Virus record (IMG/VR): IMGVR_UViG_3300045988_076953
Reading direction: 5' to 3' (one strand)
Source of the DNA: a virus
Length of the DNA stretch: 44,114 nt
Below, one piece after another: positions 14,563-22,962 of this stretch. Positions within the stretch are counted from its first letter, which is position 1. Every line of letters begins with the position of its first letter. The translations under genes and the position numbers were made by a program. The notes below the pieces were generated by a model. It had not been told where the DNA came from. It saw only the letters and a program-made list of their open reading frames with translations, and ran no database searches.

Positions 14563-15552
14563 TCAGCCCTCCAGCAGGCTGGGGTTCACCAGACCGAGCA
14601 GCTTGTCCAGCTTGGCTTCAATGCGGCCCAGCTGCTCGGCGGTGTCGTCTTTGCCGCTGTCCGGGGCCGGAGTGGGGGCAGGCGTGGGTTCCGGCTCGGG
14701 TTCAGGTTCCGGTTCGGGCGCGGTATACTCCACGCAGCCCACCGCCAGAGCGGCGGCCTTTGCGGCGATGGCCTTCCGGTCGCCTGCGCTGGCGGGGCCG
14801 ATGATGAGATAGTCGCCCGCGTCCTCGTGGGGCAGGCCTAGGCTGTCGGCCAGGGCTGCCAGGGTCTTGCGGTCGCCGCCCGATACCGGGCCAACTTTCA
14901 GAAGATCGCTCATGGGTGTATCCTCCTTCTTTTCGCCGGTGATGATCGCCGGATAGTCCTTGTAAGCGTGGTTACAGTCCACGCGCCCGGAAATGCCCGG
15001 GACGCTTCCGCTGCTGGTATACTGCCACATCCCATAGGGGCCAGTGTAGTCCGTGCGGGCGGTGTAGTGGGCCAGCCAAAAGTCATAGCGGCTCAACGCG
15101 GCCATGTCAAGATAGGCCGCAGCGAAAGACTTGTAGGTGTACATGATGCAGTAGCGCCCCAGCTCCTCAATGCGGCTCAAAAACGCCGCGCAGAGGCTCG
15201 CGTTCACAGCGCGCGAAAAGCGCTTGTACAGCGTCGCGTGCTCAAAGTCAAGGGCGATGGGCATATCACACGCAAAGCCGTCCAGCATGGCCACACAGAC
15301 GCTTGCGGCCGCTCGCATGGCGGTTTCGCTCGTTGCGTAGCTGTACAGATATACACCGGTATGCAGGCCCGCAGCATGTGCACCGGCCATGTTCTGCTGA
15401 TAAAAACGGTCTTCGGTGATTGTACCGTCCGAGTTAATCCAGCCCTGTCGCACCATCGCAAAGCCCATGCCGGATGCTTTTACCTTGTTCCAGTCAATGG
15501 TGCCCTGATACTTGGATACGTCAACGCCCTCCATCATGCTCAATCCAGCCAC
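14563..15552 (-). CDS. Endolysin: GH25 muramidase with an atypical C-terminal repeat region
   Basis: ORF 14563..15552. GVDVSKYQGTIDWNKVKASGMGFAMVRQGW is the GH25 signature. The C-terminus has two ~25-aa repeats (GPVSGGDRKTLAALADSLGL / GPASAGDRKAIAAKAAALAV) and an (EP)n-type linker. Confidence 0.85.
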   Translation of the reverse strand: MAGLSMMEGVDVSKYQGTIDWNKVKASGMGFAMVRQGWINSDGTITEDRFYQQNMAGAHAAGLHTGVYLYSYATSETAMRAAASVCVAMLDGFACDMPIALDFEHATLYKRFSRAVNASLCAAFLSRIEELGRYCIMYTYKSFAAAYLDMAALSRYDFWLAHYTARTDYTGPYGMWQYTSSGSVPGISGRVDCNHAYKDYPAIITGEKKEDTPMSDLLKVGPVSGGDRKTLAALADSLGLPHEDAGDYLIIGPASAGDRKAIAAKAAALAVGCVEYTAPEPEPEPEPEPTPAPTPAPDSGKDDTAEQLGRIEAKLDKLLGLVNPSLLEG

Positions 15553-15707
15553 CCCATTTCTTTCAGGTCAGCCTGCACCTCGTCAATTTCTGCCTGCGTG
15601 ATTTCGGCCAGTGCGTAGACGGGTACGCCAGCCGCATCGGCGGCTGCCTCTTGTGTGCCGCCATACACAAGAGCCTTGATGGCTTCTTGCTTTTGCTCGT
15701 AAGTCAT
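15540..15707 (-). CDS. Small hypothetical protein
   Basis: ORF 15540..15755. ATG at 15707 lies 9 nt after GAGAGG. Overlaps the endolysin start. Confidence 0.4.
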   Translation of the reverse strand: MTYEQKQEAIKALVYGGTQEAAADAAGVPVYALAEITQAEIDEVQADLKEMGWLD

Positions 15708-15724
15708 AGTTCTCATCCTCTCGA

Positions 15725-16477
15725 TCAAATTCTGTAAATGGCCACGGCCCCGCACTCGCTATAGTTGCTACTGCCGCTGGTGACGGAAACCCACTGGCTG
15801 CCATTGAGCGTAAACGTGCCGTTTCCGCCCCACACGCTGCTCTGCCCATACACCCGCTCAGCGCCGTAAATGCGGGTGGAAAGGGTGCCCGCGTCCGCAA
15901 TGTAGCAGTTGGCCACGGCAATGGCCCCACACGCCCGGTAGGTGCCCGCCGGGAGCCAGCAGCCCCAGCCGCCGAAGCCGGAGGTGCCGCCCATCTGCCA
16001 CGCCAGCTTGAGCCGGTTGTAAGAGCCACCGCTCCAGCGGCCGTCACCAACGGCGGCAAACATCGCCATGGCGTGGCCCCTGCCGGTGATGCCCAGCACC
16101 GTATTCCCAGCACAGAGGTTCCCGTCGTTCAGGCCGATGGTCGAGGCGACTTTGGCAAAAGTCTCGCCCACATAGCTTTCACCGCTATAATAGCCAGCCG
16201 GGGGCTTCAGAAAGAGCCGAGACACGCCGTCCGTATTTTGGTAGGCTTGCGTGTCTCGCTCCACGGGTGTGACAGCGACGCTTGGGAAGGCGGTAGATGC
16301 ACCAACAGCCCCATGCTTGCCCACCGTGTTCCGGTTCAAAATCGTGCCGGTCACCTGCTCGCCGTCCTTGCCGTGGGCGGTGGCCCCTTCCAGCAGCTTC
16401 GCCGCCGCCACGGTGTCCTTGGTCAGGTCGATCAGCACCTTGGCGTTAAAAACGATTTTACTGTTGCCCATAGCCAT
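15725..16477 (-). CDS. Tail fibre / receptor-binding protein paralogue (250 aa)
   Basis: ORF 15725..16477. Shares the N-terminal KIVFNAKVLIDLT..TAHGKDGEQVTGT module with 16477..17064. Shares the NTVGKHGAVG...DGVSRL.L.PPAG.Y.G.SYVGETFAKVAS neck with 17707..19011. Its C-terminal tip is unique. Confidence 0.65.
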   Translation of the reverse strand: MAMGNSKIVFNAKVLIDLTKDTVAAAKLLEGATAHGKDGEQVTGTILNRNTVGKHGAVGASTAFPSVAVTPVERDTQAYQNTDGVSRLFLKPPAGYYSGESYVGETFAKVASTIGLNDGNLCAGNTVLGITGRGHAMAMFAAVGDGRWSGGSYNRLKLAWQMGGTSGFGGWGCWLPAGTYRACGAIAVANCYIADAGTLSTRIYGAERVYGQSSVWGGNGTFTLNGSQWVSVTSGSSNYSECGAVAIYRI

Positions 16478-17064
16478 TACCCGATGGTCACGGTTTTGCC
16501 GCCAGATGTGTTGTCGCTCACCGCATAGGGGATGGCGGCCACAACCACTTGTGACAGGCAGTTATAGCCTGTATCCGGCAGCACCGTTTGCGCAGTGGCT
16601 TTGGGCGTTACGTTCTTGCTTTGAGGCTTCATGCCCTCACTCCCGGACATTGTACCGCTGACCCCCAGCACGGTCACGCCCTTGCGGATGTTGGTAGGGA
16701 TGAGCTTTGCCTGTTCGGTCGAGTCGATGGTGACCTTGCCGCTGCCGTCGTGGTAGCCCTGGGGCACGGTGTAGGCCCCGGCCTTGGTGCTGATCGTTCC
16801 GGTCACCGCCCCGCGATTAGGCATTTCGCCGGAAACTTTTGCACCTTTCACATATGCGGTTTTTCCGGACAAAATTTCTGCCGCCGTAGCGGTGGCGTCG
16901 CCCGTATCGGCATCGAAGTCACAGGTGCCAGTGATGGGCGCACCGTCTTTTCCGTGGGCTGTGACCCCGGCAAGCAGTTTATCGGCAGTGACGGTATCGC
17001 CGGTCAAGTCAATGAGGACTTCACCATTAAAAATCACTTTGCTGTTGTAAGTAGCTGCTGGCAT
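16477..17064 (-). CDS. Tail fibre-like protein (195 aa) with repeated LL.G.TAH/Y..G..ITGT modules
   Basis: ORF 16477..17064. Internal repeats DKLLAGVTAHGKDGAPITGT and AEILSGKTAYVKGAKVSGEM. Confidence 0.6.
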   Translation of the reverse strand: MPAATYNSKVIFNGEVLIDLTGDTVTADKLLAGVTAHGKDGAPITGTCDFDADTGDATATAAEILSGKTAYVKGAKVSGEMPNRGAVTGTISTKAGAYTVPQGYHDGSGKVTIDSTEQAKLIPTNIRKGVTVLGVSGTMSGSEGMKPQSKNVTPKATAQTVLPDTGYNCLSQVVVAAIPYAVSDNTSGGKTVTIG

Positions 17065-17065
17065 G

Positions 17066-17365
17066 TTATGTATCCTCCCCGATGTACACTGTGTTCCCGC
17101 CCGACGTGTTGCCCACGTCCCAGCGTTTGATTTCTCGCACTATGATGTTGTTTGAAAGATATTTGTTTTCCGTTTCGAGTTCTTGTTCGCTGCCTTTCGG
17201 CGTTACTTCATACGGGCCGAGGTAATTTTCTGGCAACGTGGTTTCCCCGCTGAAAGCGAAATCGAACGTTGCATCCGTACTACTAAGGTCAACCGAAAAC
17301 CGCACGTCCTCGACAACATCAAAGGTGGCAGCGAACGTTGCCTCTGTGCTGCTCCAGTCCGGCAT
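17066..17365 (-). CDS. Hypothetical virion-module protein
   Basis: ORF 17066..17365. ATGA-type overlap with the upstream gene. Confidence 0.55.
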   Translation of the reverse strand: MPDWSSTEATFAATFDVVEDVRFSVDLSSTDATFDFAFSGETTLPENYLGPYEVTPKGSEQELETENKYLSNNIIVREIKRWDVGNTSGGNTVYIGEDT

Positions 17366-17679
17366 TAAATCACACCGTCCTTGAGCACTTCATCGGTCTC
17401 AGCCTCAACAATATCGCTTTTGAGCGCTGTGCCATCTTTTTTTCGTAGACGCACTTGAATTCGGATTTTACCGGCCTTCGGGTTAAAAGCAAGGGTGTCC
17501 TCCTGCCCAAGAGGAACCAGCAAATCCGTGCCTACCATTTGGCAATCTTCCAAACTTTTTTCCACCACGGTCTTGTTACGTTGCTCATACGTCACATACA
17601 AACTTGCCAGTTCGCTCTGCGTTACAGGCAACGTAATTCTGTTAGTTACGGTTGTGCCGCTGGAGATTACGGTGCTCAT
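17365..17679 (-). CDS. Hypothetical virion-module protein
   Basis: ORF 17365..17688. ATG at 17679 lies 10 nt after AGGAGG. Confidence 0.55.
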   Translation of the reverse strand: MSTVISSGTTVTNRITLPVTQSELASLYVTYEQRNKTVVEKSLEDCQMVGTDLLVPLGQEDTLAFNPKAGKIRIQVRLRKKDGTALKSDIVEAETDEVLKDGVI

Positions 17680-17706
17680 GTTTGTCACACCTCCTATTGC
17701 TTTTAA

Positions 17707-19011
17707 TCACACGTAGCAGATAACGCCCTGCCCGTGCGGCGTACCGCCGCCGAAATTGCTATCCCATTGCATATAAATGTTCTGGTTTGCACTCACATAG
17801 AACGTAGCAACGTATAAATTGTTACGTCCTGGCGTGGCCACCTGCTTAGAGCCGATGATGATTGACTTGATTTGCATATCGTGGTCAGCGTCGCCCGCAA
17901 ACAGGAAAAGCAGAGTGCCAGCGGCGGGTGTGCTTCCCAACAAATGAGAAGAGTAGTCAGTGGGAATGGAGCCATGCCAAACCGCCTTCGTCACGCCGGT
18001 TCCTTTTACGCCAATCACCGTGTTCCCAACGCAAAGTTTTTCTGCCGTCAGGCTGATTGCGCTGGCTACTTTGGCAAAAGTCTCTCCCACATAGCTGTTC
18101 CCATCGTAAAATCCAGCAGGGGGTTGCAAGCACAGCCGGGATACGCCATCAAGGTTGTTGTTCATCTGTGTGTTCGCCGTCACGGGAGTGACGGGCGCGC
18201 TTGGGTAGTATTGGCTGATTCCCACAGCCCCGTTTTTTCCCACGGTGTTGCGCGGCAGAATGGAACCTTTTTTAACCGTTTTGTCGCCGGAATAAAACTT
18301 TTTGCCCGAAATCACGTCTCCGGTGTCTGCATCGGCGAGGGCGAGTTTTGTGAGGGATAAGCCCCCGCCGCCATTAAAATTTATCTCTGTACCGTCCCAC
18401 ACAAAGCTCAGCCACCGGCCCGTGACGGGTTCACCGGCCAGTGCATCGGCAAAGGTTTCCGCGCCCACATAGGCGGGCACTTCCTTTCCGCCTAGCATCA
18501 CCGTGTCCCCGGCTTCCACGTTATCCGTCATCTTCACGCGGCCGCTCATGCCAGAGCCGTTAAAGTGGTGCACGTTGTCCATCTTGGTGTGCTTGTAAGT
18601 GCTTACGCCACGAGAGTCTGCATAGGCAAAAATGTCTCGCTGTCTGCCGGTCGGGTCGTACATGGCTTGCGTCATATCCGCACTACCAATCTGGGAAATT
18701 CGGTCGCTGATTGCCGCGTCTGTCTGGCCTTTTGTATACGCACCAACCTGTTCCGCAGTTACATTGTGCGGATTTTCCAGGTTGTCAATGTGGCCTTGCA
18801 CTGTGCGGTTTTTGCCGGCTGCGCCGATTTGGCTTGCCGCCGAAGGCGCGGCAAGATCATCCACCAGCTGATTGAGCTTCGGCACGATAACTTCCCGCGC
18901 CGTTTGCTCAAACTTTGCCTGCATCTCGCTTGTGGATAGGCCGGGCGTATCAGGCAGACCAATAACGCCTTTGTTTTGCAAATCTTCATCTGTGATTTTT
19001 GTGAAGGCCAC
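17707..19011 (-). CDS. Tail fibre / receptor-binding protein (434 aa)
   Basis: ORF 17707..19011. The N-terminus MAFTKITDEDLQNKGVIGLPDTPGLSTSEMQAKFE is typical of Firmicutes phage fibre N-termini. The central neck is shared with 15725..16477. Confidence 0.7.
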   Translation of the reverse strand: MAFTKITDEDLQNKGVIGLPDTPGLSTSEMQAKFEQTAREVIVPKLNQLVDDLAAPSAASQIGAAGKNRTVQGHIDNLENPHNVTAEQVGAYTKGQTDAAISDRISQIGSADMTQAMYDPTGRQRDIFAYADSRGVSTYKHTKMDNVHHFNGSGMSGRVKMTDNVEAGDTVMLGGKEVPAYVGAETFADALAGEPVTGRWLSFVWDGTEINFNGGGGLSLTKLALADADTGDVISGKKFYSGDKTVKKGSILPRNTVGKNGAVGISQYYPSAPVTPVTANTQMNNNLDGVSRLCLQPPAGFYDGNSYVGETFAKVASAISLTAEKLCVGNTVIGVKGTGVTKAVWHGSIPTDYSSHLLGSTPAAGTLLFLFAGDADHDMQIKSIIIGSKQVATPGRNNLYVATFYVSANQNIYMQWDSNFGGGTPHGQGVICYV

Positions 19012-19593
19012 TTACCACCACCCACTTTCGCTTGTAAATTCCGTGTCGATGTTTTCTGCCTGCCGGTTTTGCAGGCGTTCAAACGCCGTTTCAAACTCGT
19101 TGCGGTACGTTGTCGCAATCGCCAGATCATCGTCCTTGTACAGCTGGCTTGCCATGTACATAGGCACAAGCGCCGCCGCATCTTCCGGCAGGTCGATTTT
19201 TTGTGCGTCCGGCGTGTTCTCTGTGATTCTGGCAGGCTTTGCGTTGTAGTACACGAGCACAGATTCAATGCCTTTCGGAACCACCAGCAAATGCCCGCCC
19301 AGAAGTTTCAAGGACACCGGCCGGGGTTCGTCTCCATCCATACAGTATGTTTCAAAGTCTCCCACATTGAGGAAGTCAATGAGTTCATCTTCAAGATCAA
19401 ACGTTCTGGATTGCGCCGGGTCTTTCGTCAGCGTATCGTGCGAACGGATGTGCTTTCCGGCTTCCGTTGTGGCAATCATCTGGATTGCTTCGTTTGCGGC
19501 TTGCGGCATCGCGTCGATGTAATCCTCTGCGCCTTCATCCTTAGAGGTAAACATCTTCTGCAAGGTTGCGGTTTTGCATTCTCCCCACGTCAT
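19012..19593 (-). CDS. Head-tail adaptor/connector-like protein (tentative)
   Basis: ORF 19012..19593. Lies directly after the putative portal gene. Contains LVPMYMASQLYKDDDLAIATTYRNEFE. Confidence 0.4.
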   Translation of the reverse strand: MTWGECKTATLQKMFTSKDEGAEDYIDAMPQAANEAIQMIATTEAGKHIRSHDTLTKDPAQSRTFDLEDELIDFLNVGDFETYCMDGDEPRPVSLKLLGGHLLVVPKGIESVLVYYNAKPARITENTPDAQKIDLPEDAAALVPMYMASQLYKDDDLAIATTYRNEFETAFERLQNRQAENIDTEFTSESGWW

Positions 19594-21509
19594 ACGTCTG
19601 CCCCCTCCAAATGGTCGCTGTCAGCCATGTTCAGTTGTCCCATATCCATCTGCGCATCCGGCTGCATGGCGGCCTGCTGCATTTGCTGCTGCTCGTCAAT
19701 CTGCTGTTTGATTTCGGTTTTGACCTTGCCAGCGCCCGGGAATCCGTTATCCTCGAGATACGTCCAGAAGCGGTAGCTGGTGGTCAACTCTCCAATCGGG
19801 CCAAACGCACCTGCCTGATACTTCACGTCTGCCATATCCCACAGCCGTTCGCGGTTTGCGTCCATGTTCGGGGACGGGTCAACGCCAAAAATAAACTCAT
19901 CATCCCAGTACAGCTCACCGGCGGCATCCCGTTTCAGGAAATCCCACCGGTTGAAATGGGCGAACGTCTGCTCACCGCCGATTGCCGTGTAAGTCATCGG
20001 GTACGGTTGGTCAGCATAGGCCAGCATGTACTTGAAGAGCAGCTTGTACAGCCGCCCATACGCCTGATTCTTCATCTCGCGTTTGGACTGCAAACGGCCA
20101 GCCGCCTGCTGTGCAGCAAACTGCTTCGCGCTGCCGCTGGTTGCAGATGCATCGTACTTGCCCTGATACGAATCGTTAATGCCCAGCGTACTCTTGGCCC
20201 AGCTGTAATTGCTTTCCAGCATTTGCTGTTCGCGGCTTGTGTCGGGCTGAACATTGATAACAGAGATCAGCGCCTTTTCCGCCGGGTTTTTCAGCCGCAT
20301 GATTTTCAGCTCTTTGTCGCTGGTTTCAACCTGAACGCCTTGCGGAAGCGTAACATAGCTGCCGCCTTTGAGCAGCTTCTCTTCAATCTTCGTGCCAAAC
20401 TTCTTGATCGCGTTTTGCTGATCTTCAATCACATCAACGTCGCTCACGCCCAAGAAGCGGCCGAACATCCGCACATTGCTGCGGAGAATAACGGGAATTT
20501 CTTTCGGCTCGTAGTACGGGATTTGCGTGGGCACGTTTGGGCCGGGCATGGTAATAGCCACGCCTTCATCGTCCACCTGCGGGGTTCCGTCCGGGTTCAT
20601 CACAAGTTCGTCTTTACCCGGGGTGCTTGCCGCAACAGTTTCACCGCCAAAAATGGTGATGTCCTCGGTCAGCTCTTGCACATCCAGTGGGCCTTCCACA
20701 AACTTTTTGCTGCCGCACTCGCACACATCGCCGGACTTCGGGCGGCCGCATTTCGCGCACACTTTACCGCGCCGTTTCTGGCAGTTGTCCAAATCTTCCA
20801 GAGTTACGTCTCCGCACCAGCTGTACAGGCCAATACCGCCTTCATCGTTACGATAATACGCGATATTTTGAGTAACAATGCCACTTACAGAGCTCGGATT
20901 CTGCCCTCTGGCCGCCACATCATCCTCTGTTTCATCCTTGATTTCAACGCCGTACCGCCGTTCAAGGTAGCGTTTCGGCTGGCTTACAAGAATGAAAATG
21001 TACTCCATCTTGTCGATGTCGTACACGCCGGGCTGCGGAATAACCTGCTTCGGGTGGCGCTCTGTCAGCGTTACGTCGCCCAACATGCAGTGGTATCCGC
21101 CGTGGGGATCCCACTCAACGTGGAAAAAGTCGCCGCCCTGAATGGGGACGGTTCGCTCTTGCAGGTCGTTCAGCTCTTTCAGGTTGAGCTGCTTGCTCAG
21201 GTTCAGCAGCAGAGCCTCAATCTTTTTTGCAAGCTCTTTGTCCTCTTCGTGGATAGCCGTGACGCGGGGGGCGGGGATAGAGGAATCCACCTGGCTTTCG
21301 ATCAGCTCGTACACGATGTTGCGGACGTTGGTTGCCTTTTTTTCTGCGTCTGTACCATTTGCGCCACGAATGTTTTTATCGCCACGGTACAGTGCTTCGC
21401 GGGTATCCATAATGGTGCGGTCGTACTGCTTTCTTGCGTCATCCAGCCGACTTTGCCATTTCCCCCGCTTTGTGGCATCGTCAGCAGCGTGTTTCAGCTT
21501 CTCGAACAT
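19590..21509 (-). CDS. Portal protein (putative), with a small Cys4 insertion
   Basis: ORF 19590..21509, 639 aa. The N-terminal region ...VRNIVYELIESQVDSSIPAPRV... and the size are portal-like. Also contains CAKCGRPKSGDVCECG. Confidence 0.55.
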   Translation of the reverse strand: MFEKLKHAADDATKRGKWQSRLDDARKQYDRTIMDTREALYRGDKNIRGANGTDAEKKATNVRNIVYELIESQVDSSIPAPRVTAIHEEDKELAKKIEALLLNLSKQLNLKELNDLQERTVPIQGGDFFHVEWDPHGGYHCMLGDVTLTERHPKQVIPQPGVYDIDKMEYIFILVSQPKRYLERRYGVEIKDETEDDVAARGQNPSSVSGIVTQNIAYYRNDEGGIGLYSWCGDVTLEDLDNCQKRRGKVCAKCGRPKSGDVCECGSKKFVEGPLDVQELTEDITIFGGETVAASTPGKDELVMNPDGTPQVDDEGVAITMPGPNVPTQIPYYEPKEIPVILRSNVRMFGRFLGVSDVDVIEDQQNAIKKFGTKIEEKLLKGGSYVTLPQGVQVETSDKELKIMRLKNPAEKALISVINVQPDTSREQQMLESNYSWAKSTLGINDSYQGKYDASATSGSAKQFAAQQAAGRLQSKREMKNQAYGRLYKLLFKYMLAYADQPYPMTYTAIGGEQTFAHFNRWDFLKRDAAGELYWDDEFIFGVDPSPNMDANRERLWDMADVKYQAGAFGPIGELTTSYRFWTYLEDNGFPGAGKVKTEIKQQIDEQQQMQQAAMQPDAQMDMGQLNMADSDHLEGADV

Positions 21510-21518
21510 GGCTCCTCC

Positions 21519-21550
21519 AAAAAAATGTCCCCACCATCAGGCAGGGACAT
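21519..21550 (-). terminator. Attenuating terminator between the capsid and portal genes
   Basis: Minus strand: ATGTCCC-12 nt-GGGACAT followed by TTTTTTT, then GGAGGAG and ATG. Confidence 0.65.
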
Positions 21551-21571
21551 CGGTAAATCAGGTAGGTTTAA

Positions 21572-22582
21572 TTAGGCAGTCAGAGTAGTGCCGCCGGTCA
21601 CGCCGCCGCCGCACAGGGCGATGCAACGCCAGTTGTTGAAGCCAGCGCCGAAACGGGCGCGGCCACGGAACACGTTGGCGTCGGTGTTGGGGTCAATCTC
21701 GCTCTTGACGGTCAGGGCAACACGGTCAACCCAGGGCATACACAGATAGTCGTCCTTGAACTGGCTGTCCATCATCAGGAAGAAGGGCTTGCCGCCGATG
21801 GACTTGGGCAGATAGGGCCAGATCAGCACGTTCCACAGGCCGGCCTGGAAGTTCATTGCATTCTTGTTGCTCTCAGGGTCCAGGTCGCTGGACACGGCAG
21901 CCAGAACGGCACGCTTCAGGGAAGCCACGTTGGGAATGATGATGGTGTCGGGAGCGACGTTCAGCAGATTGCCGTCGTCGTCGGTGAAGCTCTGCATGGC
22001 CTCCTGAACCTGATCCAGAATGCTGGTGCTGAAATCAGCCTTGAAGAAGTTGCTCTGGGTCAGCTTGGTGCCCTTTGTGGCACTGGGGTGAGCGGTCGAG
22101 AACAGGGCCACGCCGTCAGCAGAAGCGGTGCTGTAGGTCTTGTTCTGAATCTTGACGGAAGTGCCAGTGCCACCGGCCAGCAGGGAAGCGGCGAACTTCT
22201 CACGAGTGCGGTTGTAGCTGGTGGAGAAGATACCGGCGCGGCTCTTGATCTTGCCGATCTTTGCATCCTCGATCATCTCCTGCGTAACCTCAAAGCTGGA
22301 CTTCCAGGTGGTAGGCTCAATGACCTTGGAGAAGCCTTCCTGCATACCAGTCTTGGGGTAAGCGCCATTCTCGCCCACGTCCTCGAAGTCACCCACGCTG
22401 GTCTCGTTGGTGTACTTCTCGGCGAAGTTGGTGGAACTTTCCATGTTGAAGATGTTGGAAATCAGGCTCTTCTCCTCGAACGCCTCAACGCCGCTCTCGA
22501 TCATCGCCTTGATGGGTTCTTGGCTCTTGCCGAACACGCTGTTGGCAACGCCGGAACCCTCAGAAAAAATGATGTTAGCCAT
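21572..22582 (-). CDS. Major capsid protein (HK97-fold type, putative)
   Basis: ORF 21572..22582, 336 aa. Strong RBS AAGGAGG. Preceded by scaffold-like and decoration-like genes and followed by an attenuator. Confidence 0.7.
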   Translation of the reverse strand: MANIIFSEGSGVANSVFGKSQEPIKAMIESGVEAFEEKSLISNIFNMESSTNFAEKYTNETSVGDFEDVGENGAYPKTGMQEGFSKVIEPTTWKSSFEVTQEMIEDAKIGKIKSRAGIFSTSYNRTREKFAASLLAGGTGTSVKIQNKTYSTASADGVALFSTAHPSATKGTKLTQSNFFKADFSTSILDQVQEAMQSFTDDDGNLLNVAPDTIIIPNVASLKRAVLAAVSSDLDPESNKNAMNFQAGLWNVLIWPYLPKSIGGKPFFLMMDSQFKDDYLCMPWVDRVALTVKSEIDPNTDANVFRGRARFGAGFNNWRCIALCGGGVTGGTTLTA

Positions 22583-22591
22583 ATATCCTCC

Positions 22592-22960
22592 TTACAGGAA
22601 ACGGCCACGGACAACGCCGTTGGCCTTGTTCTCGGTGGAATCGACGGTAAACACACCGTCAGTGGCGGTGGCAGTCACGCTTAGAGCATCGGTGTTCAGG
22701 GTCACTTTCGCACCGGCGGAAGCCACGGCAGCGGTGCTGGTGGTCTCAAACACGGTGGTGGGCTGAACGCGGATGCAGGGATACAGGCCGTTGCTGTCGG
22801 CAGGGCCCATGATGATGTGAGAGGGTTTTGTAGTCGCGCCGCACTTGGCCAGACTGCCAGCGGTCAGCACAGCGGCAGAGCCACGTGCCAGACTGGTAGC
22901 ACCGGGCTGGTGCTCAAAAGGCTCCACGTCTGCAATGTCTCGCATAACAACGATAAACAT
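22592..22960 (-). CDS. Small capsid-associated protein (decoration/DUF2190-like, tentative)
   Basis: ORF 22592..22960, 122 aa. Ala/Thr/Gly-rich and beta-rich. Lies between the scaffold and capsid genes. Confidence 0.4.
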   Translation of the reverse strand: MFIVVMRDIADVEPFEHQPGATSLARGSAAVLTAGSLAKCGATTKPSHIIMGPADSNGLYPCIRVQPTTVFETTSTAAVASAGAKVTLNTDALSVTATATDGVFTVDSTENKANGVVRGRFL

Positions 22961-22962
22961 GG

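Noticed and set aside
14688-14720. GC-rich near-tandem DNA repeat (ggttccggctcgggttcaggttccggttcggg) as a regulatory or slippage element
   Set aside because: It simply encodes the (Glu-Pro)n linker of the endolysin in frame. The units are imperfect and there is no evidence of a non-coding role.
15725-19011. Diversity-generating retroelement acting on the fibre genes
   Set aside because: No reverse transcriptase ORF exists anywhere in the window. The similar segments differ at all base types rather than at adenine-specific positions, so they are ordinary paralogues.
19566-21575. 669-aa ORF on the + strand, the second-longest ORF in the window
   Set aside because: It lies exactly antisense to the portal-like gene (19590..21509). 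Its translation is Arg/Leu/Ala/His-rich low-information sequence with no RBS, whereas the minus-strand frame has coherent motifs and translational coupling to its neighbours. It is a typical shadow ORF in high-GC coding DNA.
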